Below are positions 9,757-19,279 of a DNA stretch of 64,000 bases, piece after piece; the first letter of the stretch is position 1; the number at the start of each line of letters is the position of its first letter. The notes under the pieces were generated by a model, which saw only the letters and a program-made list of their open reading frames with translations, made no database searches and was not told where the DNA came from. This DNA comes from an uncultured Actinomycetes bacterium. Lineage in GTDB: Bacteria > Actinomycetota > UBA4738 > HRBIN12. The DNA lies in contig CAVOYV010000001.1 of the NCBI GenBank assembly GCA_963700855.1, forward strand, positions 703,619 through 767,618. The letters are read 5' to 3'. Position numbers and translations under genes: made by a program.

Positions 9757-10239
9757 ATGGGGCGCGCGCTCGTCCTGAACGCGACGGACATGCCGCTGGC
9801 GGTCGTTCCCGCGCGGCGGGCGGTGGTGCTCGTCCTCAAGGACAAGGCCGAGGTCGTCCTGTCGAACGGGGCGATCTTCCGTGCTGAGCACGTCGAGGTG
9901 GAGGCACCGTCGATCGTACGTCTGCGCAGGTTCGTCCACGTCCCGTTCCGTGCCCACGCGCCGCTGACCCGGCGCGCGGTGTTCGCCCGGGACGCGTGGA
10001 CGTGTCAGTACTGCGGGGGCGCGGCGGAGAACCTCGACCACGTCGTTCCTCGCTCACGCGGTGGACTCCACATCTGGGAGAACGTCGTGGCCGCCTGCCG
10101 GCGGTGCAACGCGAAGAAGATGGACCGGACGCCGGCCGAGGCGGGGTACCACCTCCACCGCCAGCCGTTCGCGCCGTCCGACGGGTTCCGTCTGACGCTC
10201 GGCCGGCTCGAACCAGGCTGGGAACCGTACCTGGGCTGA
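9757..10239 (+). CDS. HNH endonuclease-domain protein
   Basis: CQYCGG ... NLDHVVPRSRGG ... WENVVAACRRCNAKK. A TACACT hexamer ends 8 nt before the ATG, so the mRNA may be leaderless. Confidence 0.8.
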   Translation: MGRALVLNATDMPLAVVPARRAVVLVLKDKAEVVLSNGAIFRAEHVEVEAPSIVRLRRFVHVPFRAHAPLTRRAVFARDAWTCQYCGGAAENLDHVVPRSRGGLHIWENVVAACRRCNAKKMDRTPAEAGYHLHRQPFAPSDGFRLTLGRLEPGWEPYLG

Positions 10240-10348
10240 GCGCTCCGTAGGGAGATCCACCCCTCGGACCGTCCTCTCGGGCGCCTCGGCACGTCTCGTC
10301 TTCGACATCCCACCGGGCGACCGAACAGCAGTTCGGGCCCATCTTCCA

Positions 10349-10396
10349 TTGACGCTGGTGGAGTGTTGGTGGCATAAACGTGGCCCGATGTGGAGG
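10349..10396 (+). promoter_or_regulatory. Putative mraZ/dcw promoter with four phased GTGG repeats (MraZ-box-like)
   Basis: TTGACG at 10349-10354, then 18 nt, then TGgCATAAA at 10370-10378. GTGG cores start at 10358, 10369, 10380 and 10390 (spacing 11, 11 and 10 nt). Confidence 0.45.
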
Positions 10397-10410
10397 AAAG
10401 GGGAGGACGC

Positions 10411-10851
10411 GTGACCGAACTCCTCGGCACGCACAGCTACCAGCTCGACCCGAAGGGGCGTGTGTCGCTGCCGGCGAGGTTCCGTGAGGCCTTCGCCGAC
10501 GGTGCCTGGCTGACGGTTGGCCAAGACGGGTGCCTCTTCGCCTTCCCCAGGGTCGAATGGGAGCGGCGGTCCGACGAGGTGTCCGCGTCCCCCCTTTCCG
10601 ACGCGGACGGGCGCGCCTACTCGCGGATCTTCTTCGGTTCGTCCGACGAAGCGAAGCTCGACGGACAAGGCCGCTTGACGATCTCGGGCCGTCTCCGGGA
10701 GGCGGTCGGCATCACCAAAGAGGTCGTCGTGCTCGGCGTCCGCGACCGGATGGAGATCTGGGATCGCGAGGCGTACGACCGGTACCTGGACGCGTACTCG
10801 GGCGCGTACCAGGCAGGCACGCTCGAACCCGGTCAAGGCTCGAGCCGCTGA
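10411..10851 (+). CDS. mraZ: Transcriptional regulator MraZ
   Basis: [25 protein letters not shown] and a second SpoVT/AbrB-like half ([16 protein letters not shown]). GTG 10411 fits family N-termini better than GTG 10390. Confidence 0.9.
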   Translation: MTELLGTHSYQLDPKGRVSLPARFREAFADGAWLTVGQDGCLFAFPRVEWERRSDEVSASPLSDADGRAYSRIFFGSSDEAKLDGQGRLTISGRLREAVGITKEVVVLGVRDRMEIWDREAYDRYLDAYSGAYQAGTLEPGQGSSR

Positions 10852-10880
10852 TCGCACCGAACACGGAAGGAACGAACACG

Positions 10881-11003
10881 ATGCAACCGCAGGGAACCAA
10901 GCTGGGCGCCGAGGTCCGTCAGAGCCTCTCGCTGCTGGCGATGACGGGGCTGACGCTCCTCGCGTCGATCGGCTTCGGTGTCTTCGTGGGTCGGGTGGGC
11001 TGA
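10881..11003 (+). CDS. Hypothetical 40-aa single-pass membrane protein
   Basis: GGAAGGA lies 9 nt before ATG 10881. Product is [40 protein letters not shown]. About 35 of 40 third positions are G/C. The stop lies 2 nt before the rsmH GTG. Confidence 0.5.
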   Translation: MQPQGTKLGAEVRQSLSLLAMTGLTLLASIGFGVFVGRVG

Positions 11004-11005
11004 GG

Positions 11006-11881
11006 GTGTCCGAACGGGCGCCCACGCACGAGCCCGCGATGGTCTCCGAGGTCGTCAGCTTCCTCGGGGACCGCGGCCTGGTCGTCGACATGACCTTGGG
11101 CGCGGGTGGCCACGCAGCCGCGCTACTGGATGCTGGCGTCGGCCGTGTGGTCGGCATCGACCGCGATCCTGAGGCGATCCGGGAGGCTCGCACCCGCCTC
11201 GCCGGCTTCGGAGATCGGGTCCGGATCGTCGCCACGGCGTTCTCGGAGGTCGACGAGGAGGTCGTCGGGGAGCTCGCCGACGGCGTCCTGTTCGACCTCG
11301 GGGTCTCGTCGATGCAGCTCGACCGGGCCGAGCGCGGGTTCTCGTACCGCAGTGACGCGCCGCTCGACATGCGGATGGGCCCGGGGGCCGGCGAGCCCGG
11401 TCCGACGGCCGCGGACCTCGTGAACACCCTGCCCGAACAGGAGCTCGCCGACGTGATCTATCGCTTCGGCGACGAGCGTCGCTCTCGCCGGATCGCCGCC
11501 GCGATCGTCCGTCGGCGTCCGATCTCGACGACCGACGATCTCGCCGCCGCCATCGTGAGCGCCGTGGGGAAGCGTCCGGGGGGCCCCCACCCCGCGCGTC
11601 GCACGTTCCAGGCGCTCCGCATCGCGGTCAACCGGGAGCTCGAGGAGCTCGCCGCCTCCCTGCCTCGGGCGGTCGGTCTCCTCGGCCCCGGTGGCCGCGT
11701 GGTCGTGATCTCGTACCACTCGCTCGAGGACGGTCTCGTCAAGCGCGGCTTCCGCGACGACGAGCGCGTCCGGGTCCTCACGAAGAAGCCCCTCGTCCCG
11801 ACCCCCGACGAGGTCGACCGCAACCCGCGAGCCCGCAGCGCGAAGCTGCGGGCGGCCGAGCGCCTGGAGGTGGCCGCATGA
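11006..11881 (+). CDS. rsmH: 16S rRNA (cytosine1402-N4)-methyltransferase
   Basis: [33 protein letters not shown] and [12 protein letters not shown]. Confidence 0.9.
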   Translation: MSERAPTHEPAMVSEVVSFLGDRGLVVDMTLGAGGHAAALLDAGVGRVVGIDRDPEAIREARTRLAGFGDRVRIVATAFSEVDEEVVGELADGVLFDLGVSSMQLDRAERGFSYRSDAPLDMRMGPGAGEPGPTAADLVNTLPEQELADVIYRFGDERRSRRIAAAIVRRRPISTTDDLAAAIVSAVGKRPGGPHPARRTFQALRIAVNRELEELAASLPRAVGLLGPGGRVVVISYHSLEDGLVKRGFRDDERVRVLTKKPLVPTPDEVDRNPRARSAKLRAAERLEVAA

Positions 11882-12312
11882 GCGTCCCCGCCCGGCGGCT
11901 CGAGCCCACGCCGCGGCAGCGCCAGACCTCGCCCGCACCAGGCCCCGATCGTGCGCGTCCCACGCGTGCGCCCGCGGCGCGCCCGCTCACCTCCTCCCCT
12001 CCTTCCCCTCTCCGGCGGGCGCGCCGCGGGTCCACCCTCGCGTTCTGGGTCCTGACCTCGGTCGTGATCGGTGCGATGGTCGTGGGGATCGTGTCGGTCT
12101 CCGCGCTCGTCGTCCAGGGCGGCTTCCGGATGGACGAGCTGCGCGACCGGATCGGCGCTCTCACGCAGGAGCACGAGATCCTGACGAAGGAGGTCGCGGA
12201 GCGATCGTCACCCGCCAGGGTGCAGTCGTGGGCCCGCCGTGCGGGACTCGTGATGCCCGACAACGTGGTGGTGCTGACCGTCGCGCCGGTCGAGGAGGAT
12301 CCGGCGGCGTGA
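11878..12312 (+). CDS. ftsL: FtsL-like cell division protein
   Basis: Called on position between rsmH and ftsI, a single TM helix and a coiled-coil segment. ATGA overlap with rsmH. Confidence 0.6.
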   Translation: MSVPARRLEPTPRQRQTSPAPGPDRARPTRAPAARPLTSSPPSPLRRARRGSTLAFWVLTSVVIGAMVVGIVSVSALVVQGGFRMDELRDRIGALTQEHEILTKEVAERSSPARVQSWARRAGLVMPDNVVVLTVAPVEEDPAA

Positions 12313-14021
12313 CCCGTCCGCCGGTCCGGCGCCTCGTCGCCTTGATGGGGGTGTTCGTCCTGGCCCTCGGGTTCGTGATCGGCCGCCTCGGGATGCTCCA
12401 GGTGCGAGAGTCCCGCGCCTACGCGGCGATGGGGCAGGAACAGCGGATCCGCGTACTCGAGCTGCCTGCCTCCCGCGGGCGTATCGTCGATCGCGTGGGG
12501 ACCCCGCTGGCGATGAGCCTCGAGGCCCTCGACGTCTACGTCGATCCGACGCAGGTGGTCGACGCAGGGGCGCAGGCCCGTCTGATCGCGCCGATCCTCG
12601 GCCTGAAACCGGCCGAGGTGCGTGACACCCTGGCGCGGACCGACACGACGTTCGCCTACCTCGACCGTCACGTCGACCGAGAGGTCGCCGACCGGCTCGC
12701 CGAGCTCCGGCTCCCCGGCGTGGGGATGCTGCCCGTGCACAAGCGCTACTACCCGGCGGGCTCCGTCGCGTCCCAGGTGCTGGGTTTCGTCGGGGTAGAC
12801 GGCGAGGGGCTGACGGGACTCGAGATGAAGTACGAATCCCTCCTGGCCGGCGACCCCGGTGAACGGACGGTCGAGCTGTCGGCGCAGGGGCAGGAGATCG
12901 CGGGCGGGGTCGACGTCGTCGCCGAACCACAGGCAGGCTCGGACCTGATCTTGACCATCGACCGGCAGATCCAGTTCCAGGCCCAGCGGGCATTGCAGGA
13001 GGCGATCCGCGACAACGGGGCGAAGGCTGGCACGATCGTCGTGATGGATCCGGTGACCGGAGACGTGTACGCGATGGCCTCGGCGCCGTGGTTCGATCCG
13101 AACCGGTTCGGAGAGTTCCCGTCGACGACGTGGTCGAACCGTGCGGTGACCGACACATGGGAACCGGGGTCGGTGAACAAGGTGATCACCGCGGCCGCGG
13201 CGCTCGAGGAGCAGGTCGTGTCCCCGACGGAGCGGTTCAGCGTCCCGGACACCCGTGAGATCGACGGACGCACGATCCACGACTCGCACCCGCACGCCGT
13301 GCAGTCGATGACCCTCGGCGACATCATCGCCGAGTCCAGCAACATCGGGAGCTCGCTCGTCGCTGACCGCGTCGGCTCCCAGGCGATGGCGGACGCCTTC
13401 GCGCGGTTCGGGTTCGGTGAGCCGACCGGGGTCGGGTTCCCCGGTGAGGCCTCCGGATTGATGCCACCGGACGGCGAGTGGAGCGACCTGACCCGGGCGA
13501 CGGTCTCCTACGGTGCCGGGGTCGCGGTCACCCCGATGCAGATGGCGTCGGTCTACGCGACGGTCGCGAACGGCGGCGTCTGGGTTCAGCCGCGGCTGGT
13601 CCGCGGGATCGTGGAGGCCGACGGCACGGTGATCGACGCCGACCCGTCGGCGCGGCGGCGCGTGATCCGACAGGAGACCGCGGACATCCTGACGAGGATG
13701 CTCGCCTACGTGGTGCAGGACGGCACCGGCGAGAACGCGCAGATCCCTGGCTACCAGGTGGCCGGCAAGACGGGCACCGCGAAGAAGATCGGCGAGAACG
13801 GCCGATACACCGATCGCTACGTCGCCTCCTTCATCGGGTTCCTGCCAGCGTCGCGTCCCCGCATCGTCGTGGCGGCGATCCTCGACGAACCGCGTACCGT
13901 CTACGGCGGCGTCGCGGCGGCGCCGCTGTTCCAGGAGGTCGCGCGGTACGCGATCCAGCGTCTGGGGATCGAGCCGGCTCCTCCCGTGAAGCTTCCGCCT
14001 CACGTGCTCCAGGCTCCATGA
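12309..14021 (+). CDS. ftsI: Penicillin-binding protein (FtsI-type transpeptidase)
   Basis: SxxK (GSVNK), SxN (SSN) and KTG (KTGTA) motifs. GTGA overlap with ftsL. Confidence 0.9.
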   Translation: MTRPPVRRLVALMGVFVLALGFVIGRLGMLQVRESRAYAAMGQEQRIRVLELPASRGRIVDRVGTPLAMSLEALDVYVDPTQVVDAGAQARLIAPILGLKPAEVRDTLARTDTTFAYLDRHVDREVADRLAELRLPGVGMLPVHKRYYPAGSVASQVLGFVGVDGEGLTGLEMKYESLLAGDPGERTVELSAQGQEIAGGVDVVAEPQAGSDLILTIDRQIQFQAQRALQEAIRDNGAKAGTIVVMDPVTGDVYAMASAPWFDPNRFGEFPSTTWSNRAVTDTWEPGSVNKVITAAAALEEQVVSPTERFSVPDTREIDGRTIHDSHPHAVQSMTLGDIIAESSNIGSSLVADRVGSQAMADAFARFGFGEPTGVGFPGEASGLMPPDGEWSDLTRATVSYGAGVAVTPMQMASVYATVANGGVWVQPRLVRGIVEADGTVIDADPSARRRVIRQETADILTRMLAYVVQDGTGENAQIPGYQVAGKTGTAKKIGENGRYTDRYVASFIGFLPASRPRIVVAAILDEPRTVYGGVAAAPLFQEVARYAIQRLGIEPAPPVKLPPHVLQAP

Positions 14022-15514
14022 TCGCGGCCGGTGGACAGGTAGGCTCGCCATCGGTGGAGCCGACCTTCCCCCCCGTCCCCGTCGCGACGGTGGCGGTCGC
14101 CGCCGGCGCTGAGGTCTTCGGCGACCCGGCGACGCCCGTCACCGAAGCCGCCTACGACTCCCGCTCCGTCCGACCGGGGTCGCTCTTCTTCTGCGTCCGT
14201 GGGGAACACGCCGACGGCCACGATCTCGCCGACGTCGCGCTCGCCGCGGGAGCCCGAGCCTTCGTGGTGGAGCGGCTCCTCAACATCGATGCCCCCCAGC
14301 TGCTGGTCGCCTCGGTGCGTGCCGCGATGGGCCCGATGTCCGCGGTCGTGTTCGGCCGCCCGAGCGAGTCGATGGAGACCGTGGGCGTCACCGGGACGAA
14401 CGGGAAGACGACCACCACCTACCTCATCGAGGCGATCTTGGCTGGCGTCGGCGTCGCGCCCGGTGTGATCGGCACCACCGGTGCGCGCATACGCGGCCGC
14501 GCGGTCCCGCTCGAGCGGACCACCCCCGAGGCGCCGGACCTCCACCGGCTCCTCGCGCGCATGCGCGATGACGGCGTGAAGACCGTGGCGATGGAAGTCT
14601 CGTCGCATGCCCTCGCGCAGCACCGCGTGGACGGTGTCCGTGTGGACGTCGCCGTCTTCACGAACCTCTCCCAGGATCACCTCGACTACCACCCCTCGAT
14701 GGACGCGTACTTCGACGCGAAGGCCCGGCTCTTCACCCCCGAGATGGCCGCGCGGGGGGCCGTCAACGGCGACGATCGCTTCGGGCGCCGGCTCCTGGAC
14801 GAGCCCCGGATCCCGCTGACGACGTTCGGGGTCGATGCCGAGGCCGATCTCCGCGCAACCGACGTCGTGGCCGATGGGGCGGGGGTCGCGTTCTCCCTCC
14901 CGGGTGCGCGGGTCCGCTCTCGGCTGCGCGGGCGTTTCAACGTCTGGAACTGCCTCGCCGCGATCGCGGCGGCCGAAGCCCTCGGGATCGACCGGGCCGC
15001 GGCGGCCGAAGCCCTGGGGACCCTCCCCGTGGTGCCCGGGCGCATGGAACCGGTCCAGGAGGGACAGGACTTCCTCGTGGTGGTGGACTACGCGCATACG
15101 CCGGATAGCATCCTGAGCGTGCTCCGGGGTGCACGCCCGCTCGCGGCGGGACGCCTCATCGTGGTGTTCGGTTGCGGCGGCGATCGCGACCATGCGAAGC
15201 GTCCCTTGATGGGGGAGGCCGCCACCTCCGAGGCCGATCTGACGATCCTGACGAGCGACAACCCGCGTCACGAGGATCCACTCGCGATCATCGGCGAGAT
15301 CGTCCCGGGAGCCGTGGCCGGGGGAGGGGCCTACCGCATCGAGCCTGACCGCCGCGCGGCGATCGCAGCCGCGGTGGCCGAAGCCGGTCCCGGCGACGTC
15401 GTGGTGATCGCGGGCAAAGGCCATGAGTCCTCCCAGGAGATCGGCGACGACGTGCTCGCGTTCGACGACCGAGAGGTCGTTCGGGACGCTCTGCGGGCGG
15501 GGGGTCGCGGATGA
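14018..15514 (+). CDS. murE: UDP-N-acetylmuramoyl-tripeptide synthetase
   Basis: GVTGTNGKTTTTYL and the DNPR motif (TSDNPRHEDP). ATGA overlap with ftsI. Confidence 0.9.
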   Translation: MIAAGGQVGSPSVEPTFPPVPVATVAVAAGAEVFGDPATPVTEAAYDSRSVRPGSLFFCVRGEHADGHDLADVALAAGARAFVVERLLNIDAPQLLVASVRAAMGPMSAVVFGRPSESMETVGVTGTNGKTTTTYLIEAILAGVGVAPGVIGTTGARIRGRAVPLERTTPEAPDLHRLLARMRDDGVKTVAMEVSSHALAQHRVDGVRVDVAVFTNLSQDHLDYHPSMDAYFDAKARLFTPEMAARGAVNGDDRFGRRLLDEPRIPLTTFGVDAEADLRATDVVADGAGVAFSLPGARVRSRLRGRFNVWNCLAAIAAAEALGIDRAAAAEALGTLPVVPGRMEPVQEGQDFLVVVDYAHTPDSILSVLRGARPLAAGRLIVVFGCGGDRDHAKRPLMGEAATSEADLTILTSDNPRHEDPLAIIGEIVPGAVAGGGAYRIEPDRRAAIAAAVAEAGPGDVVVIAGKGHESSQEIGDDVLAFDDREVVRDALRAGGRG

Positions 15515-16872
15515 GGGCACGCTCGATGTCCGACGTGGCGGCCGCGGTCGGCGGTCTGCATCTCGGGCCTGATACCGAGGTCACGTGGCTCGCCACCGAC
15601 TCCAGAGTGGCTGGTCCCGGCGCGTTGTTCGTGGCCCTGCCCGGTGAGCACACCGACGGGCACCGGTTCGTTCCGGAGGCTCTCGAGCGCGGTGCCGCCG
15701 GCGTGCTCGTCCGAGACGGGGCGCAGGTCGACGGTCCCGCCGTGTACGTGCGGGCGACGGGAGAGGCGTTGCTGAGGCTCGCCGCCGACGAGCGCGACCG
15801 GTTCGACGGCACGGTGGTGGGGATCACGGGCGCGAACGGGAAGACGTCGACGAAAGACATGGCCGCGGCGATCTGTGCGACCGGCCGGCGGACCCACGCG
15901 AGCCCGGCATCGTTCAACAACGAGATCGGTCTGCCGGTGACCCTGTTGGGAGCGCCGCCCGGGACCGAGGTGATCGTGGCAGAGCTGGGGGCGCGTCACG
16001 AGGGCGACGTCGCGCTGCTCTGCCGGATCGCGCGGCCGGGGATCGCCGTCGTCACGAACGTGGGCGTCGCGCACATGGAGGTTTTCGGCTCGTGGGGCAC
16101 GATCGTCGCCGCGTCGGCGGAGCCCGTCGAGGCGCTGGGGTCCGACGGCGTCGCCGTCCTCAACGCGGATGATCCCGTCGTGGCCTCGTATCGCGACCGG
16201 TGCGCGGGCCGTGTCGTGACGTTCGGCCGCACGGGTGACGCGGACGTGCGGGCGGTCGACGTGTCCCTCGATCGCGACGGTCGGGCGACGTTCGAGCTCC
16301 GGACCGAGAGCGGGCAGGTACCGGTGCGTCTGGGCGTGCCTGGAGACCACATGGTGCCCAACGCCCTCGCGGCGGTGGCGGTCGGACTGGAGGTCGGGGT
16401 CTCGCTCGCATCGGCCGCCACCGCGCTCGGGCGCGCCGAGCTCTCGCACTGGCGGATGGAGACCTTCACGACCGGCGACGGTGTCCGGGTCGTGAACGAC
16501 GCGTACAACGCGAACCCGGAATCCGTGGCCGCCGCCTTGAGGACCGCGCGATGGATGGCCGGGGACGCAGCCTTGATCGCGGTCCTCGGTCCGATGGCCG
16601 AGCTGGGAGACATCTCGATGGAGGCGCACGAGCGGGTCGGTGAGCTCGCGGCGAGGCTCCGCGTCGACCGGCTCGTCACGGTGGGGTCCGATGCCGAGGC
16701 GATCGCCGTCGCCGGGATGCGCGAAGGGGTCCCCCCCGATGACGTCGCGTCCTACCCGGACGCCGCGGCGGCGCTCGACGACGTCCGCGCACACGCTCGG
16801 CCAGGGGACCTCGTCTTGGTCAAGGCGTCCCGCGTGGCAGGTCTGGAACGGCTCGCGGAGGCCCTGCGGTGA
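15511..16872 (+). CDS. murF: UDP-MurNAc-tripeptide--D-Ala-D-Ala ligase
   Basis: GITGANGKTSTK and the Mur ligase fold. ATGA overlap with murE. Confidence 0.9.
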   Translation: MRARSMSDVAAAVGGLHLGPDTEVTWLATDSRVAGPGALFVALPGEHTDGHRFVPEALERGAAGVLVRDGAQVDGPAVYVRATGEALLRLAADERDRFDGTVVGITGANGKTSTKDMAAAICATGRRTHASPASFNNEIGLPVTLLGAPPGTEVIVAELGARHEGDVALLCRIARPGIAVVTNVGVAHMEVFGSWGTIVAASAEPVEALGSDGVAVLNADDPVVASYRDRCAGRVVTFGRTGDADVRAVDVSLDRDGRATFELRTESGQVPVRLGVPGDHMVPNALAAVAVGLEVGVSLASAATALGRAELSHWRMETFTTGDGVRVVNDAYNANPESVAAALRTARWMAGDAALIAVLGPMAELGDISMEAHERVGELAARLRVDRLVTVGSDAEAIAVAGMREGVPPDDVASYPDAAAALDDVRAHARPGDLVLVKASRVAGLERLAEALR

Positions 16873-17930
16873 TCTCGATCCTCGTGGCAGCCGCGATCGG
16901 CCTGGGCGTGACCCTCCTCGGTACCCCGGTCGCGATCCGCGCGTTCACGGTGTGGGGATGGGGCCAGCGGATCCGGGAGGACGGACCTCACACCCACATG
17001 GAGAAGATGGGGACCCCCACGATGGGGGGCATCGTGATGCTCGCGGGGCTCGTCCTGGGCTACCTCGCATCGCGCGCGACGACGCAACGGTTCACGGTGA
17101 CCGGCTTGGCCCTCGTGCTGGCCGCGATCGGGTTCGGGATCGTCGGCTTCCTGGACGACTTCACGAAGGTCCGAAGGCGGCGCTCTCTCGGCCTCACGAA
17201 GTCGCAGAAGTTCCTGGGTACCGCGATCGTGTCGATGGCGTTCGCCGTGATCGTCGTGCTCACGAAGGACGACACCGGCGTGTCGACGAACCTGTCGTTC
17301 GTCCGTCCCGCCGCGATCGGACTCGGTGTGTTCTTCTTCGTGTGGGCGTTCTTCGTGCTGACGGCTTCGTCGAACGCCGTGAACCTCACCGACGGGCTCG
17401 ACGGGCTGGCCGCGGGCTCGTCGATCCTGGTCCTGAGCGCGTACATCTTCATCGCCTTCTGGCAGTTCCGCCACACGTGCGCGCTGCTCGCCGACGCGGC
17501 CGGGTGCTACTCGGTGAACGGCGTCGATCTCCAGGACGCCGCGATCGTCGCCGCGGCCATGGTGGGCTCGGTCACGGGGTTCCTGTGGTGGAACGCCGCC
17601 CCCGCGAGGATCTTCATGGGCGATACGGGGTCCCTCGCCCTCGGCGGCTTGTTCGGAGCCCTCGCGATCGTGACGAACACCCAGCTGCTCCTCGTGATCC
17701 TGGGCGGGCTGTTCGTGCTCGAGACCCTGTCGGTGATCGCGCAGGTGATCGCGTTCCGCGGGTTCGGACGCCGCGTGTTCAAGATGTCTCCGATCCACCA
17801 TCACTTCGAGCTGTCGGGCTGGCCCGAGTTCACGGTGATCGTGCGCTTCTGGATCGTGGCGGGGCTCTGCTCGGCGATCGGGATCGGGTTGTTCTACGCC
17901 GACTTCATCGCCCGTGGAGGTCTCGGGTGA
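16869..17930 (+). CDS. mraY: Phospho-N-acetylmuramoyl-pentapeptide transferase
   Basis: NAVNLTDGLDGLA, a polytopic membrane protein, and HHHFE near the C-terminus. GTGA overlap. Confidence 0.95.
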   Translation: MISILVAAAIGLGVTLLGTPVAIRAFTVWGWGQRIREDGPHTHMEKMGTPTMGGIVMLAGLVLGYLASRATTQRFTVTGLALVLAAIGFGIVGFLDDFTKVRRRRSLGLTKSQKFLGTAIVSMAFAVIVVLTKDDTGVSTNLSFVRPAAIGLGVFFFVWAFFVLTASSNAVNLTDGLDGLAAGSSILVLSAYIFIAFWQFRHTCALLADAAGCYSVNGVDLQDAAIVAAAMVGSVTGFLWWNAAPARIFMGDTGSLALGGLFGALAIVTNTQLLLVILGGLFVLETLSVIAQVIAFRGFGRRVFKMSPIHHHFELSGWPEFTVIVRFWIVAGLCSAIGIGLFYADFIARGGLG

Positions 17931-19279
17931 CCGCCAGGTTCGCGGGGGAGCGCGCCCTCGTGGTCGGTGCCGGGGTGGCGGGGGTGGCGGCCGCCGAAGC
18001 GCTGCTCGCGGAGGGCGCTGAGGTCCGGGTCACCGACGTGCGCCCTGCCGATCGCCTGATCGACGCCGCGCGCCTTCAGTCGCTCGGAGCCGAGATGCGG
18101 GCTGGCGGCCATGACCCGTCCGACCTCGAGGGAGCGACCCTCGTGGTGGTCAGCCCAGGAGTCCCCCCCTCGGCTGAGGTGGTGGTGTGGGCCCGCGACC
18201 GTGGTCTGCCGGTGTGGGGCGAGATGGAGCTCGGAGCTCGACTGACCGAGGCGCCGTACCTGGCGGTGACCGGGACGAACGGCAAGACGACGACGACCGG
18301 GATGCTCGCGGCCTGCCTGCGGGCAGGTGGTCTCGACGCCGTCGCCTGCGGCAACATCGGCCTGTCGTTCCCGACGGCGGCACGGGGGGGTCACGACGCG
18401 CTCGTGGTCGAGGTCTCCTCCTTCCAGCTCGCGCTCCAGGAGTCCTTCCACCCGAAGGTGTCCGTCCTGCTCAACGTGGCCCCCGACCACCTGGATTGGC
18501 ACGGAACCTTCGATGCCTACGTCGAGGCCAAGGCACGGATCCATGCGCACCAGGGCGAGGGTGACACCCACGTGGGGAACCGGGACGACCCGCTCGCGTC
18601 ACGGATCTCCGCCGCGGCGCCGTGCCGTGTGGTCTGGTTCCGTGGCGGACCTCCGTCCGAGGGCGAGGTCGGCTACGACGGCGACGAGCTGGTCGCGCCC
18701 GAGACAGCGACCCCTCTGGGTCCGGTGGACGGCACGAGGGCGGGGTATCGCCAGGATGCCGCGGCCGCGGCGGCTGCCGCGCTCGCCTTCGGGGTCGCTC
18801 CCGAGGCTGTGCGTCGCGGCCTCGCGGGGTTCGTGCCGGGACGACATCGGGGCGAGGTCGTCGCCGAGGTCGAGGGGGTGCGGTTCGTCGACGATTCGAA
18901 GGCCACGAACGTCCACGCGGCGCTCGCGGCTCTCGACGGTGTCGAGCGCGCGGTGCTGATCGCCGGGGGCCGCGCGAAGGGCCAGGACCTGTCGGCCCTC
19001 GCCACTCGAGCCGATCGCCTGGTCGCGGTCGTGTCGCTGGGTGAGAGCGGACCGGACGTCGCCGCCGTGTTCCGGGGGCTCGTCCCGGTGCATCCTGCCG
19101 GCAGCATCGAAGAGGCGACGCGGATCGCCGCCCGTGAGGCGGCCGCCGGCGTCACCGTCCTGCTCGCGCCTGCGTGCGCGAGCTGGGACCAGTTCCGCGA
19201 CTACGCGGAGCGCGGCGACCGGTTCGCCGCGGCCGCGCGAGCGCTCAACCAGGCGGAGGCGAGCGATGCCCGGTCGTGA
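17927..19279 (+). CDS. murD: UDP-MurNAc-L-Ala--D-Glu ligase
   Basis: VVGAGVAGVA and AVTGTNGKTTTT. GTG 17927 overlaps the mraY stop. This is the 3' part of listed ORF 16640..19279. Confidence 0.9.
   Translation: MTARFAGERALVVGAGVAGVAAAEALLAEGAEVRVTDVRPADRLIDAARLQSLGAEMRAGGHDPSDLEGATLVVVSPGVPPSAEVVVWARDRGLPVWGEMELGARLTEAPYLAVTGTNGKTTTTGMLAACLRAGGLDAVACGNIGLSFPTAARGGHDALVVEVSSFQLALQESFHPKVSVLLNVAPDHLDWHGTFDAYVEAKARIHAHQGEGDTHVGNRDDPLASRISAAAPCRVVWFRGGPPSEGEVGYDGDELVAPETATPLGPVDGTRAGYRQDAAAAAAAALAFGVAPEAVRRGLAGFVPGRHRGEVVAEVEGVRFVDDSKATNVHAALAALDGVERAVLIAGGRAKGQDLSALATRADRLVAVVSLGESGPDVAAVFRGLVPVHPAGSIEEATRIAAREAAAGVTVLLAPACASWDQFRDYAERGDRFAAAARALNQAEASDARS

Noticed and set aside
16640-17926. 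The upstream 429 codons of the listed 879-aa ORF 16640..19279, and similar 5' extensions (ftsZ from 24924, MoxR to 9845, murE from 13478, livG from 44580).
   Set aside because: The extensions overlap the preceding conserved genes in another frame and translate to Arg/Pro-rich nonsense. Real starts were placed at stop/start overlaps or SD-preceded codons.
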